Assembly (NCBI GenBank): GCA_947632115.1
Contig: CANROB010000007.1
Coordinates: 67-64,066, forward strand
From: an uncultured Bacilli bacterium
GTDB taxonomy: Bacteria; Bacillota_I; Bacilli_A; RF39; UBA660
Direction of reading: 5' to 3'
Length of the DNA: 64,000 nucleotides
Part shown: piece by piece, positions 55,350 to 63,854 of the stretch
How positions within the stretch are numbered: position 1 is the stretch's first letter
Layout: each line of letters starts with the position of its first letter
Notes under the pieces: model-generated
What the model was told of the DNA's origin: nothing
The model's database searches: none
The model's input: the letters and a program-made list of their open reading frames with translations, nothing else
Made by a program: the position numbers and the translations under genes

Positions 55350-56720
55350 TCACTCCTTTTCTTTAATTTCTACACCTATTTTATCTTTGTATGGAATCCA
55401 TCCATATTGACAAGCGTTTATTGTATGATCGTTCGCGTCTTCTGGTGTATTATCTTTATCTTCTTGCCAACTATAAGTTTCCAATTCAACAATATGATTA
55501 TGACAATTATCAACTACAAAATAACGCATCTTATGAAGCCAATCTAACATTAAATTAATTCTATCAATAATTTTTACCTGTTTATAGGCATCGTTGAATA
55601 CATAAATACAAGTGTTATTACGCTTATACTTTTTTAATTCAGTAATAGTCGCTTGGTCTGCATTATCGATGAATGTATTTCTCGCAAGCCCCCATTCCTT
55701 TTGATTTCTATCCAAAAAAGCGATAAAGTTTTCAACAGTATCGCTTGGGGCTATAGGAATATTTAAATCTCTATTATTGTAAACTCGCTCATCTAAAACA
55801 ACCAACTCTCTTATATCAGTGATTCCTAAAAATATCATAGATATTGTATCAGGACTTTTTTGAGAATAAGCTGTATCTAATCCTGCACTAAAGTAAATAT
55901 ATTTTTTACTTTTAGCTTGTTCCTTTGTAATAACATGTTTACCTCTCTCAAAATTACTAAATACCAATCCTGTTGATTTACCACGAAGACCTAGTATTTT
56001 ATTCTTATATAATTTCGTCCCAGGCGGAACACTTTCTATAATTTGTTGCTTCTTTTCTAATGTCAACGATAAATTATGATCAAAAGTAAAATACCACCAC
56101 GTCCAATCAGCAACCTGAGGTAATTTTAACTCTTTTAATAATTCACTTGGACCATCATTTTTATATTTTTCGATTGGTCTCGATTTATTTACATATTGCG
56201 TATAGCATTCTTTATTAGGATCATCTGGGTTTAATGTGCACAATCTATAATCTGCACGCATAAATGATTCACGAACAAAATCCATATCAGCAATATTAAA
56301 TTCGTCAATGAATAGACCATAGCATTGTCCACCTAATGCTTTTTTCCATCTAGCTTTATCATCGTAACCTAAGACATATATCACTTTTGTTCCATTTTCG
56401 CAATGAAACAAAATATGTGGCATTCGAATCTTACCTTTTCCTGTTGGATTATATTCTATTAATCCTCCATTTTCGTAATCTCCGAATATTTCTAAAATCC
56501 CCATGTCAGAATTAATAATATTTTTTTCTATTGTCCCTAAATCCAATCCTGCTATTATACTTGGCTTACTGCCTTTATAATTGGCTATTTTGAACATGAA
56601 TTTCGGAATAGCAACTGTTGTCTTTCCGGCGAAAGTAGTTCCTTCTAGAAATTCTGTACTACAATTGTAACTCAAAAAATCTAGATATTTTTCGCTTAGT
56701 GGAAATACTTCATCATTCAT
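55350..56720 (-). CDS. terminase large subunit
   Basis: Walker A-like EGTTFAGKTT, Walker B LFIDEF, and a C-terminal nuclease region. Overlaps the terS 3' end. Confidence 0.85.
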   Translation of the reverse strand: MNDEVFPLSEKYLDFLSYNCSTEFLEGTTFAGKTTVAIPKFMFKIANYKGSKPSIIAGLDLGTIEKNIINSDMGILEIFGDYENGGLIEYNPTGKGKIRMPHILFHCENGTKVIYVLGYDDKARWKKALGGQCYGLFIDEFNIADMDFVRESFMRADYRLCTLNPDDPNKECYTQYVNKSRPIEKYKNDGPSELLKELKLPQVADWTWWYFTFDHNLSLTLEKKQQIIESVPPGTKLYKNKILGLRGKSTGLVFSNFERGKHVITKEQAKSKKYIYFSAGLDTAYSQKSPDTISMIFLGITDIRELVVLDERVYNNRDLNIPIAPSDTVENFIAFLDRNQKEWGLARNTFIDNADQATITELKKYKRNNTCIYVFNDAYKQVKIIDRINLMLDWLHKMRYFVVDNCHNHIVELETYSWQEDKDNTPEDANDHTINACQYGWIPYKDKIGVEIKEKE

Positions 56721-57126
56721 TCTTACCACTTTTGTTTAGTTGCTTATTTATAGAGGATAAAACCTTGCTTGCCTGCTGATTTATTCCAAAATCAACTTTT
56801 TCTTTTGGTTTTTCTCCTATGGTATCTCTTAATACTTCAAAGGCTTTTACATTTCCTTTAACAGCTTCATTTGCCATAGCTACTACCATCGCCATTTTAT
56901 AACTTGCATCACCATCCGCAATTCCACACTCTACCATTTTGTTTACCATTTCTTCTTGTGTAACTTGATTATCTAAGAAAGTATTGCACAATTCTTTAAA
57001 TGTTTTCATTTGCCGTCTTTTTTTTACACTTGCTTTTCCAGCCTTAGAACTATCCTTACTATGTTGTTCTCGTGTTCTCCTCGAATTTACTTCCTCTATT
57101 GGCATTAAATTATTCAAATTAGGCAT
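56713..57126 (-). CDS. terminase small subunit
   Basis: 137 aa, basic N-terminus, immediately upstream of and overlapping terL. Confidence 0.7.
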   Translation of the reverse strand: MPNLNNLMPIEEVNSRRTREQHSKDSSKAGKASVKKRRQMKTFKELCNTFLDNQVTQEEMVNKMVECGIADGDASYKMAMVVAMANEAVKGNVKAFEVLRDTIGEKPKEKVDFGINQQASKVLSSINKQLNKSGKNE

Positions 57127-57151
57127 TTGGCTTCACCCGCTTTCAAAATCA

Positions 57152-57268
57152 AAATTAAAGAACCATTTTCATGGCTCTTTAATTATATTAATTTCATTTT
57201 AACAATCATAACATATATATTTTGCATTAACAATGGCACGCTTTTTGCACACTTTTTGCATTTTTTCT
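57152..57268 (-). promoter_or_regulatory. candidate late-operon control region: 3 x 11-bp repeats, a promoter, then a promoter-proximal hairpin
   Basis: Minus strand has AAAAAG(C/T)GTGC-type repeats (57236-57268). They are followed by TTGTTA-17-TATGAT (57228-57233 and 57205-57210). Then comes the hairpin AGAGCCAU-GAAA-AUGGUUCU plus a U-rich tract (57152-57180) before terS. Confidence 0.5.
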
Positions 57269-57275
57269 TGACAAG

Positions 57276-57812
57276 TTAATGCCCTAACTCCTCAATTGAA
57301 TTAGCCGGAAATAATAATCCCTTAATCTTATTGATTAATTTGTTTTTGTTGCGGCTAACAGTACTTACATCACAATCAAAGTATTCAGCAATCTCTTCGT
57401 AGCTCTTCTGCTCGTAATACTTTAATTCAATTAAATCATAGAATTTATTGTTTCTTAAAGATTCAACTATGCCATTAATCCATTTTAACTGCGCACTAAT
57501 AATATAATTTCTCTGCAGCAATTTCGATATTTCTTGCTCAACAATTTCATTATCTTCTTTCCTAACGAAAGAACTATCAATAATTTTTACTGCATTGCTG
57601 CTTTTAGGAATGCCATACCGCTTTAGATCATCAATCCTCTGTTTGTTATGATTAATAGCTTCTTTTAATTGTGGAACTAAATATAATAATTGCTCAGTTC
57701 TTTGAAATGTACTTTTAGATTCTTTTATCTCAAATCCATTTTTCCTTAGTATTTCAAACACATTTTCTGTAGACTTTTTTACAGTTAGATCAATTATTCT
57801 TTCTTCTGTCAT
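57276..57812 (-). CDS. phage late transcription regulator, sigma-70 region-4-like HTH (ArpU/RinA-like)
   Basis: C-terminal YYEQKSYEEIAEYFDCDVSTVSRNKNKLINKI; located just upstream of the terminase genes. Confidence 0.65.
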   Translation of the reverse strand: MTEERIIDLTVKKSTENVFEILRKNGFEIKESKSTFQRTEQLLYLVPQLKEAINHNKQRIDDLKRYGIPKSSNAVKIIDSSFVRKEDNEIVEQEISKLLQRNYIISAQLKWINGIVESLRNNKFYDLIELKYYEQKSYEEIAEYFDCDVSTVSRNKNKLINKIKGLLFPANSIEELGH

Positions 57813-57820
57813 ATAATCCC

Positions 57821-57916
57821 CTATTTCTTTTTAATATTCATGCCAATAACTATAATAGTTACAATTGTAATTACAATTCCTAAAAAAATTCCAATCCAAA
57901 TCTCTGGTATGTACAT
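57821..57916 (-). CDS. 31-aa single-TM peptide
   Basis: AAGGTG RBS 8 nt upstream. Sequence is MYIPEIWIGIFLGIVITIVTIIVIGMNIKKK. Below the ORF-track cutoff. Confidence 0.4.
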   Translation of the reverse strand: MYIPEIWIGIFLGIVITIVTIIVIGMNIKKK

Positions 57917-57939
57917 ACAATCAACACCTTTCTAAGTCT

Positions 57940-58290
57940 TTAAGCTTCTTCTAAGCCATCTTTCTCAAACAAATCTTTAAAGTTTTTACCATATCCTACA
58001 TATTTAATTCTTTCATTTATATCTTTTTGTGTTATTTTTCCGGTTTTAAAACCATCTATAACATCAAAAACATCTTTTATATTTCTGTCACAGCAATCAT
58101 TCCATAACATATATAAATAACAACCATGTAATTCCATATCATCTAAAGTTAAAAATATTGGGATAAATTGTATAGGATTGTTATCTTTTGCTTTCATTAT
58201 TTCAAAACAAGTTGCTATTGCTCCTGAATTCCCTTCAATCATTTTTAAAAATACATCTTGTATATTATCACTTATTTTAATTTTGCTCAT
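57940..58290 (-). CDS. hypothetical phage protein
   Basis: ORF in a tightly packed co-directional early/middle gene array. Confidence 0.5.
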   Translation of the reverse strand: MSKIKISDNIQDVFLKMIEGNSGAIATCFEIMKAKDNNPIQFIPIFLTLDDMELHGCYLYMLWNDCCDRNIKDVFDVIDGFKTGKITQKDINERIKYVGYGKNFKDLFEKDGLEEA

Positions 58291-58597
58291 TTTTACCTCT
58301 TTCTAATATTTCATATAGTTCATCAAAATCTTCTCCACATATACTTTTTGAATTACTATAAGAACCTATTTCCGCTACCATATCCATATATTCTATTGCC
58401 TCATCAATAACCTTTTGTTTTTCTTCTAATTTGTGTTGTAATTGTTCAATGTGATTCAAAATTGCATCAACTTCATACATACATAACCTTAAATCGCCTG
58501 GGTGTTTTCTCTTATAACCATTTATTGCGTATGCTAGTTGAGTATGACATTCGCTTGAATATTCATTTAGTTTTTTTATTACTTCTTCTTTATTCAT
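58277..58597 (-). CDS. hypothetical phage protein
   Basis: ORF in the co-directional array; overlaps the downstream gene. Confidence 0.5.
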   Translation of the reverse strand: MNKEEVIKKLNEYSSECHTQLAYAINGYKRKHPGDLRLCMYEVDAILNHIEQLQHKLEEKQKVIDEAIEYMDMVAEIGSYSNSKSICGEDFDELYEILERGKNEQN

Positions 58598-58605
58598 CTA
58601 ACCAC

Positions 58606-58971
58606 CTAATTATTTATATAAACAATTATTGCTTCGTAGTGTGGAGCTCTATCTACCAACTTTTGAATTTCGATATCGTAATTTTCATCTCTAAAATCAG
58701 CATAATCTTCACTATCTGAATAATACTCATGTAATTCATCATAATAGTCGGATTCACTAACACAAATGCGATCACTTATTTCACTTTCATAAATAATCCC
58801 CTTTTCAACTCTACTATTCTTCAAAAATGTATAACTATAATCTTCGCAAACATCCTCACTGCTTACGAAAAAGACTATTGGTAAAGTTGGATTCTCTTCT
58901 ACTAATTTTAATAATTTTCTGTTTTCTTCTTCATTTGTTAATTTTTCTTTATTTTCCATTTTTTTCTCCAT
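58606..58971 (-). CDS. hypothetical acidic phage protein
   Basis: ORF in the co-directional array. Confidence 0.5.
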   Translation of the reverse strand: MEKKMENKEKLTNEEENRKLLKLVEENPTLPIVFFVSSEDVCEDYSYTFLKNSRVEKGIIYESEISDRICVSESDYYDELHEYYSDSEDYADFRDENYDIEIQKLVDRAPHYEAIIVYINN

Positions 58972-59019
58972 TATCTCTAATATAGATTCTTTTTAAATCG
59001 GATAATAAGTCATAAATAC

Positions 59020-59409
59020 TTATTTGTCTCCTGCCTTCTTGTAACAATTATTTTCAAATTGTTCTTTAGTTAAAACAGTTTCAATTTCAGAATCAAAATA
59101 TATAAATTCTTTTTCAGTCTCGATTCCATCATCTACTTTATTAACACCTGTATCGGCATCATCATCGACATACTCAAGATTACAATTAATTTTTACTACT
59201 CTACTTCCATTGATATAATCTCCGACTTCGATTAGTTTTTTTATGTCATAACTTGCTTTTGTAATATCATTTCTATTAACAAATACCAAATCATTAAAAT
59301 GTGGAATATCAATAGCTACTTCCAAATCAGGTTCTCTAAACTCATTTATATTAGCAATTTTACCTATATGACCTTTTACTCTTACAAATTGTCCTATCTC
59401 TAATTTCAT
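59020..59409 (-). CDS. hypothetical phage protein
   Basis: ORF in the co-directional array. Confidence 0.5.
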   Translation of the reverse strand: MKLEIGQFVRVKGHIGKIANINEFREPDLEVAIDIPHFNDLVFVNRNDITKASYDIKKLIEVGDYINGSRVVKINCNLEYVDDDADTGVNKVDDGIETEKEFIYFDSEIETVLTKEQFENNCYKKAGDK

Positions 59410-59579
59410 TTATAATCACCTATATCAAACCAATTTCCTTGACTATCTTGTAAACATTTTGCACCACAATATTTACAGATTCCATAATTACTGCAACCAT
59501 CATTGCCTAATTTAGTACAACTATGCCATTTTAAATACTTATCAAAAAATTGACCTATTTTAAATAACATTTCTTTCAT
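59406..59579 (-). CDS. 57-aa Cys-rich hypothetical phage protein
   Basis: Has ATGA start/stop overlaps with both neighbours. Sequence is MKEMLFKIGQFFDKYLKWHSCTKLGNDGCSNYGICKYCGAKCLQDSQGNWFDIGDYK. Below the ORF-track cutoff. Confidence 0.5.
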   Translation of the reverse strand: MKEMLFKIGQFFDKYLKWHSCTKLGNDGCSNYGICKYCGAKCLQDSQGNWFDIGDYK

Positions 59580-59968
59580 AATCCAAGTTCCTTAAGTGTG
59601 TATTCTTTATCTAGTTCCATACCTATATAAGAATTTTGCTCATCAAATATTGGTAAAGTATGATTAGAAAATGATCCTTTTGATTTGCCATTAACGCTTA
59701 TTAAGATAAAATAATTATCATGAAAATTTCTTTTTGATATGTTTATAACTTTTTCTCTAAAAGGACTAATTACACCACTTAAATATTTTCTTTCTTCTTC
59801 ACCTATGATTGGTTCTTCTAATACTTCTAATGTTAGTTTTACTTTTCGTTTAATAGCTATTTTTTTTAATGTTTCAATTTCTTTTAATGTAAAAGGTTCA
59901 TTAAAGCAAATATTCATATCACTCAATTCATTTATTTTACCTATATATACTTCTTTTTCTAATTTCAT
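59576..59968 (-). CDS. hypothetical phage protein
   Basis: ORF in the co-directional array. Confidence 0.5.
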   Translation of the reverse strand: MKLEKEVYIGKINELSDMNICFNEPFTLKEIETLKKIAIKRKVKLTLEVLEEPIIGEEERKYLSGVISPFREKVINISKRNFHDNYFILISVNGKSKGSFSNHTLPIFDEQNSYIGMELDKEYTLKELGL

Positions 59969-60201
59969 TTCATATCTCCTTTCACATAATCTAGGACTTC
60001 TTGATAAGATTTTTCTCTACCAGTCCAATAACATAATTCTTCAGAAAAAGTACTTTTTTTATATTGGCATTCTTTTATCTTATCTTCCAAAAAAGAAATA
60101 AGTTGTTGTTTTTCACATTGTAATTTATCTATTTCTTCAACAAATTGCATTCTTCCATATTGTTCTGTTCTTTTATAAATTTGTTCTATATCTTCTGGCA
60201 T
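59965..60201 (-). CDS. hypothetical phage protein
   Basis: GGAGGAAAAA RBS; ORF in the array. Confidence 0.5.
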   Translation of the reverse strand: MPEDIEQIYKRTEQYGRMQFVEEIDKLQCEKQQLISFLEDKIKECQYKKSTFSEELCYWTGREKSYQEVLDYVKGDMK

Positions 60202-60202
60202 T

Positions 60203-60376
60203 TTATTTTTCCTCCAACTTTTCTATCTCAATTCCGAAGAATAATTTATACATTAATTTTTGAAACCAATTTATTTTTTTAGTAATACCTATCGTTATAT
60301 TTGCTAATTTTAAATACGATCTTATTTCATCATTTTTTGGAGGAGTTATTATTAACCACGCTTTATCATTATTCAT
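60203..60376 (-). CDS. 57-aa hypothetical phage protein
   Basis: Fills the gap between 60201 and 60397. Starts MNNDKAWLIITPPKNDEIRSYLKLANITIG. Its 3' end carries the next gene's RBS. Confidence 0.35.
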   Translation of the reverse strand: MNNDKAWLIITPPKNDEIRSYLKLANITIGITKKINWFQKLMYKLFFGIEIEKLEEK

Positions 60377-60396
60377 ATTCTAATCCATCCCACACA

Positions 60397-60792
60397 CTAC
60401 TTCTCATTTTTATCTAACCTTTCTTTTAGATATTTTTGATTTTTAATAATTTTGTTCATTACTATAATTAATTTTTCTTGATTATCACAAACTAAATTAA
60501 ATGCTTTTTTGATACTATATCTGCTTTCAATAACAAACTTTTCTCCCCTGGTGAATTTTATTGTATGGATTTCTTCCCACTCATCATTTTCTTCAATAAT
60601 TTCAACTTTATCATTTAAAATTTTAAAACTATAAGTTTCGAAAAATTGCTTATCATCTTCATCATAATAAGTTTTGCGTTCTTCATCAAAAGTATAAATA
60701 TGGTTCTGATATTTTACTTTTTTAGGAACAACATGATTTTCTGATATTTCGTTTAATAATTTAATTATTTCTATTTCTTTTATTTCTCTCAC
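60397..60792 (-). CDS. hypothetical phage protein
   Basis: ORF in the co-directional array. Confidence 0.5.
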   Translation of the reverse strand: MREIKEIEIIKLLNEISENHVVPKKVKYQNHIYTFDEERKTYYDEDDKQFFETYSFKILNDKVEIIEENDEWEEIHTIKFTRGEKFVIESRYSIKKAFNLVCDNQEKLIIVMNKIIKNQKYLKERLDKNEK

Positions 60793-60795
60793 AAG

Positions 60796-61206
60796 TTATC
60801 TCCTTTTATAATTTATACATTGTTCTATAACATTTTTAACGTCTTCATATATTTCTTCTGTAGTCCACTTTTTACCGTCGGTTCTAAACTCTTCAGGTGT
60901 CACCATTTCAAGTCCAATATAATCGTCGCAATGTGCATAATCCCATCCAATAAACCAACCATTCACCACATCATCGTCGACACATAAGTACTTTTCACTA
61001 TAAGTTAATCCACCGTGTACGTCTATATTAATCTCGTCATAATCCTTCTTATTCAATAAATAATTTTCTCTAACATTAACATAAGCAGTTGGAAATGTTC
61101 CTAAATTCATAATGTAAAATTCATATCCTTTATAAGTCCCGTGATATAAAGTTTCTCTTGTGGAAGTAGATTGATAGATCATTTCTCTCATTTCACTATT
61201 TTTCAT
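60796..61206 (-). CDS. hypothetical phage protein
   Basis: Start trimmed to the ATG after GGAGG (MKNSEMREM). No motif recognised. Confidence 0.5.
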   Translation of the reverse strand: MKNSEMREMIYQSTSTRETLYHGTYKGYEFYIMNLGTFPTAYVNVRENYLLNKKDYDEINIDVHGGLTYSEKYLCVDDDVVNGWFIGWDYAHCDDYIGLEMVTPEEFRTDGKKWTTEEIYEDVKNVIEQCINYKRR

Positions 61207-61402
61207 TTGTCCTCCTATCCGTCTTGTGTTTATATCCACATCTAACGCATTCAACAAAATCTTTATGATTCTCATAAACAGTAAATTTATGGCAATTCGG
61301 ACATTTGCTAACTGGTCTTAACTTATATTTCCTTTCAATTTCTAATTTTTCCATATTCTCTTTTATTTTCTTTGAAACACTAGACATATTAATTACCTCC
61401 AA
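61196..61402 (-). CDS. zinc-ribbon small phage protein
   Basis: CPNCHK...CVRCGYKH four-Cys motif. Confidence 0.5.
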   Translation of the reverse strand: MEVINMSSVSKKIKENMEKLEIERKYKLRPVSKCPNCHKFTVYENHKDFVECVRCGYKHKTDRRTNEK

Positions 61403-61677
61403 TAAAATCTACTTAAAATCCAATAACAAACTCTTCTAAAATAACTCTCATCAGCTGATAAATCGCAATCCTTTGTATGCTTTTTAAATAGTCCTAATTT
61501 ATATAATCTTCTATGAGCTATCCACTCATTTAAGCATGACATTATAGAACGATCAATAAATTCTAAATGTGCACCCGCTAAGAACTTAATAATCTCATTT
61601 TTGCTGTCTATTGCGTAATAATTTATAACTTTTATGTTATTTGTTTGTGCGTTGTATCTGCTCGTTACATAAGTCAT
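61393..61677 (-). CDS. hypothetical phage protein
   Basis: ORF in the co-directional array. Confidence 0.5.
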   Translation of the reverse strand: MTYVTSRYNAQTNNIKVINYYAIDSKNEIIKFLAGAHLEFIDRSIMSCLNEWIAHRRLYKLGLFKKHTKDCDLSADESYFRRVCYWILSRFYWR

Positions 61678-61747
61678 TCTAATTCCCCTTTCCTATTATC
61701 TAGGGGTGTCCATTTCGGTCACCCCTCTTATCACTTACACTTTTTCC

Positions 61748-63178
61748 TTATGCTTTTAAAATACTGGTTTCCCATTCCTTCAAAAATCTTTTTTGCTCTT
61801 CTGTCGTATCACGATTGTTTTTTATCCGTTGTTGAACTACTCTATGATTTTTAACCTCAACTGTAACAAGTGACTTATCTGGACAAGCCACATATCTCAT
61901 AAAGTAAATATCACATTCCCCAGAAGCAATACTTGATGCGTATGTTTTAACGCAGTTATTTTGCTGCTTAGATTCGTCAATCAGTTCCTCAACTTTTTTG
62001 ACTGGAAAAATAATAAATTGATCATCACTAAAAGTTGTATTTTTGATTTGATTGTATCTTTTTCTTATCTTTTTCTGATTTTCCTTATTCTTCACAACCT
62101 CATATAATTTAACTACCCTATCATGAGCTGATATTACATCTTCAGGATAAAGAATATTTTTGTCCTTCATGTTATAAGATAACAATTGACAAGTTCGTAA
62201 ATAATCGGCATATTCTGTAAAATTTCCCTCGATATTTAAAATTCTTTTATCAACTTCTTTTAAATCAAAACATATATCTTCAGGAATCCGCTCTGATATG
62301 TCATAACAATAATTCTTATATTTTTTAATTAATGGTAAGTTTTCTTCGTTGAGAACTTTTAGAATATATATATCTTCACTATCCAAATTGTATTTTTTTA
62401 TAAATTTGAGATGTTTTTGAATAATTTTATAATCTTTATTAGATAAATAGCATCCATGATAAGACATGAAATCTTCCGCCAGCTTATATAAACCAACTTT
62501 AATTAGCATCTCGGTAGAATCAGAACATCTTCTTAAAAAATGTTCTATATTAAAATATCCGAAGTGTTTAGCGTATTTTTTTAATTGGGAATATTGCCAT
62601 CGAGTTCCTTTTAATACAGTATCTAAATTATATGGATAGAGTAAAAATGTATCTCCAAGTGTGCAATAATAACTTCCATTTCTTTTCCAATTTGTATTTA
62701 TGAAAAAATGCTGTTGAATCCATTTACCATTTATCGTAGCAACTACATTGTCGTTATAAATTTCTGTGCAATTCATACAGATATCAAATATTTTTCTACC
62801 AAATTCGCACTCAAATGTTACATATTTTCCGTAATCATACCAAGTTTTTACTTCAAACAATCGCATAATAGTGTAATCCTGAAAAGTTTCCAAAATGGCA
62901 AAATAATCGGCGAACACATAATGTCTAATTCTCGTACTTTTAACCTCTAATTGTTTTTTACAATTAGGACATTTCCCATATAATAATTCATTTTTTGTAC
63001 TTGTTTTTATATTCTTAGATAAGGTGTTACATGCATCACAATGATACCCGTCTTTGCTTTTGATAATTAATTTATGATTATCTTTGATAGATTTGGTAAA
63101 TACATTAAATTTTTTCGGTAAAGTTACTGTACTATCAAAATCACACATCAAATTTCTGATTTTTTTAGATAAGTACAT
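61748..63178 (-). CDS. PcfJ-like protein
   Basis: The C-terminal segment ESKQQNNCVKTYASSIASGECDIYFMR...LVTVEV is typical of PcfJ-like proteins. N-terminal Cys pairs are present (CDAC...CPNC). Confidence 0.65.
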   Translation of the reverse strand: MYLSKKIRNLMCDFDSTVTLPKKFNVFTKSIKDNHKLIIKSKDGYHCDACNTLSKNIKTSTKNELLYGKCPNCKKQLEVKSTRIRHYVFADYFAILETFQDYTIMRLFEVKTWYDYGKYVTFECEFGRKIFDICMNCTEIYNDNVVATINGKWIQQHFFINTNWKRNGSYYCTLGDTFLLYPYNLDTVLKGTRWQYSQLKKYAKHFGYFNIEHFLRRCSDSTEMLIKVGLYKLAEDFMSYHGCYLSNKDYKIIQKHLKFIKKYNLDSEDIYILKVLNEENLPLIKKYKNYCYDISERIPEDICFDLKEVDKRILNIEGNFTEYADYLRTCQLLSYNMKDKNILYPEDVISAHDRVVKLYEVVKNKENQKKIRKRYNQIKNTTFSDDQFIIFPVKKVEELIDESKQQNNCVKTYASSIASGECDIYFMRYVACPDKSLVTVEVKNHRVVQQRIKNNRDTTEEQKRFLKEWETSILKA

Positions 63179-63632
63179 CTTCGAAATCGAACAAGGTTAA
63201 TTGTCCTTCTGACTCCCAGTTTTTCTTTTGGACAGGTTTTACTTCTTCTTTTTTCTCAACTTGTGTGACTTCTTCTACTTTTGATTCTTCAGCAGATTCT
63301 TTGATAGGTTCTTCTTTTTCTTGTGGCTTAACAATTTTCTGCTCTTCAATCTTTTTAGGCTTTTCTGCTGACAATCCTAATTTACTGTTGGGCTCGTCCC
63401 AATAATGAATTGCCCAGTTATAAACTTCATCGTCTTCTATCATAGCTACATGATTAACGGCTTGCTTTCTCGCTTCGCCTTTAATGAATTCAATCATATT
63501 TTTTAGATTTTTAGTTTCTTCTAAATATTTTTCATTCATATCTTCTCTTGAAAGAAGATAATCAATTATCTTTAATAGCGGTTTGTCTTTTATATCGGCG
63601 GATAACGCCTTGATTCTTTCTATTCCTTCCAT
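63165..63632 (-). CDS. PcfK-like protein (family that includes the Cas9 inhibitor AcrIIA9)
   Basis: KNMIEFIKGEARKQAVNHVAMIEDDEVYNWAIHYWDE motif followed by an E/K-rich tail; paired with the PcfJ-like gene. Confidence 0.6.
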   Translation of the reverse strand: MEGIERIKALSADIKDKPLLKIIDYLLSREDMNEKYLEETKNLKNMIEFIKGEARKQAVNHVAMIEDDEVYNWAIHYWDEPNSKLGLSAEKPKKIEEQKIVKPQEKEEPIKESAEESKVEEVTQVEKKEEVKPVQKKNWESEGQLTLFDFEDVLI

Positions 63633-63640
63633 AAGTCCTC

Positions 63641-63853
63641 CTACTCAACATCTAATTTCATCTGTCCAGGACATACCTTAGGTTCTGGAATGTATTTTAA
63701 TAAATATAGTGGAGTTTGCTTTGGGATATCATGTGTTTCCATGTAATCCATAACTTGCATCACTAACTCCCTCTCTTGATCTTTTAATTTAGTCAGTTTT
63801 TTGACTGCTTTCTCAATATAAATAGGTACGTTTACATAATTATCAGTTTCCAT
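63641..63853 (-). CDS. hypothetical phage protein (70 aa)
   Basis: Start trimmed to the ATG with AGGAG 6 nt upstream. Confidence 0.5.
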   Translation of the reverse strand: METDNYVNVPIYIEKAVKKLTKLKDQERELVMQVMDYMETHDIPKQTPLYLLKYIPEPKVCPGQMKLDVE

Positions 63854-63854
63854 A

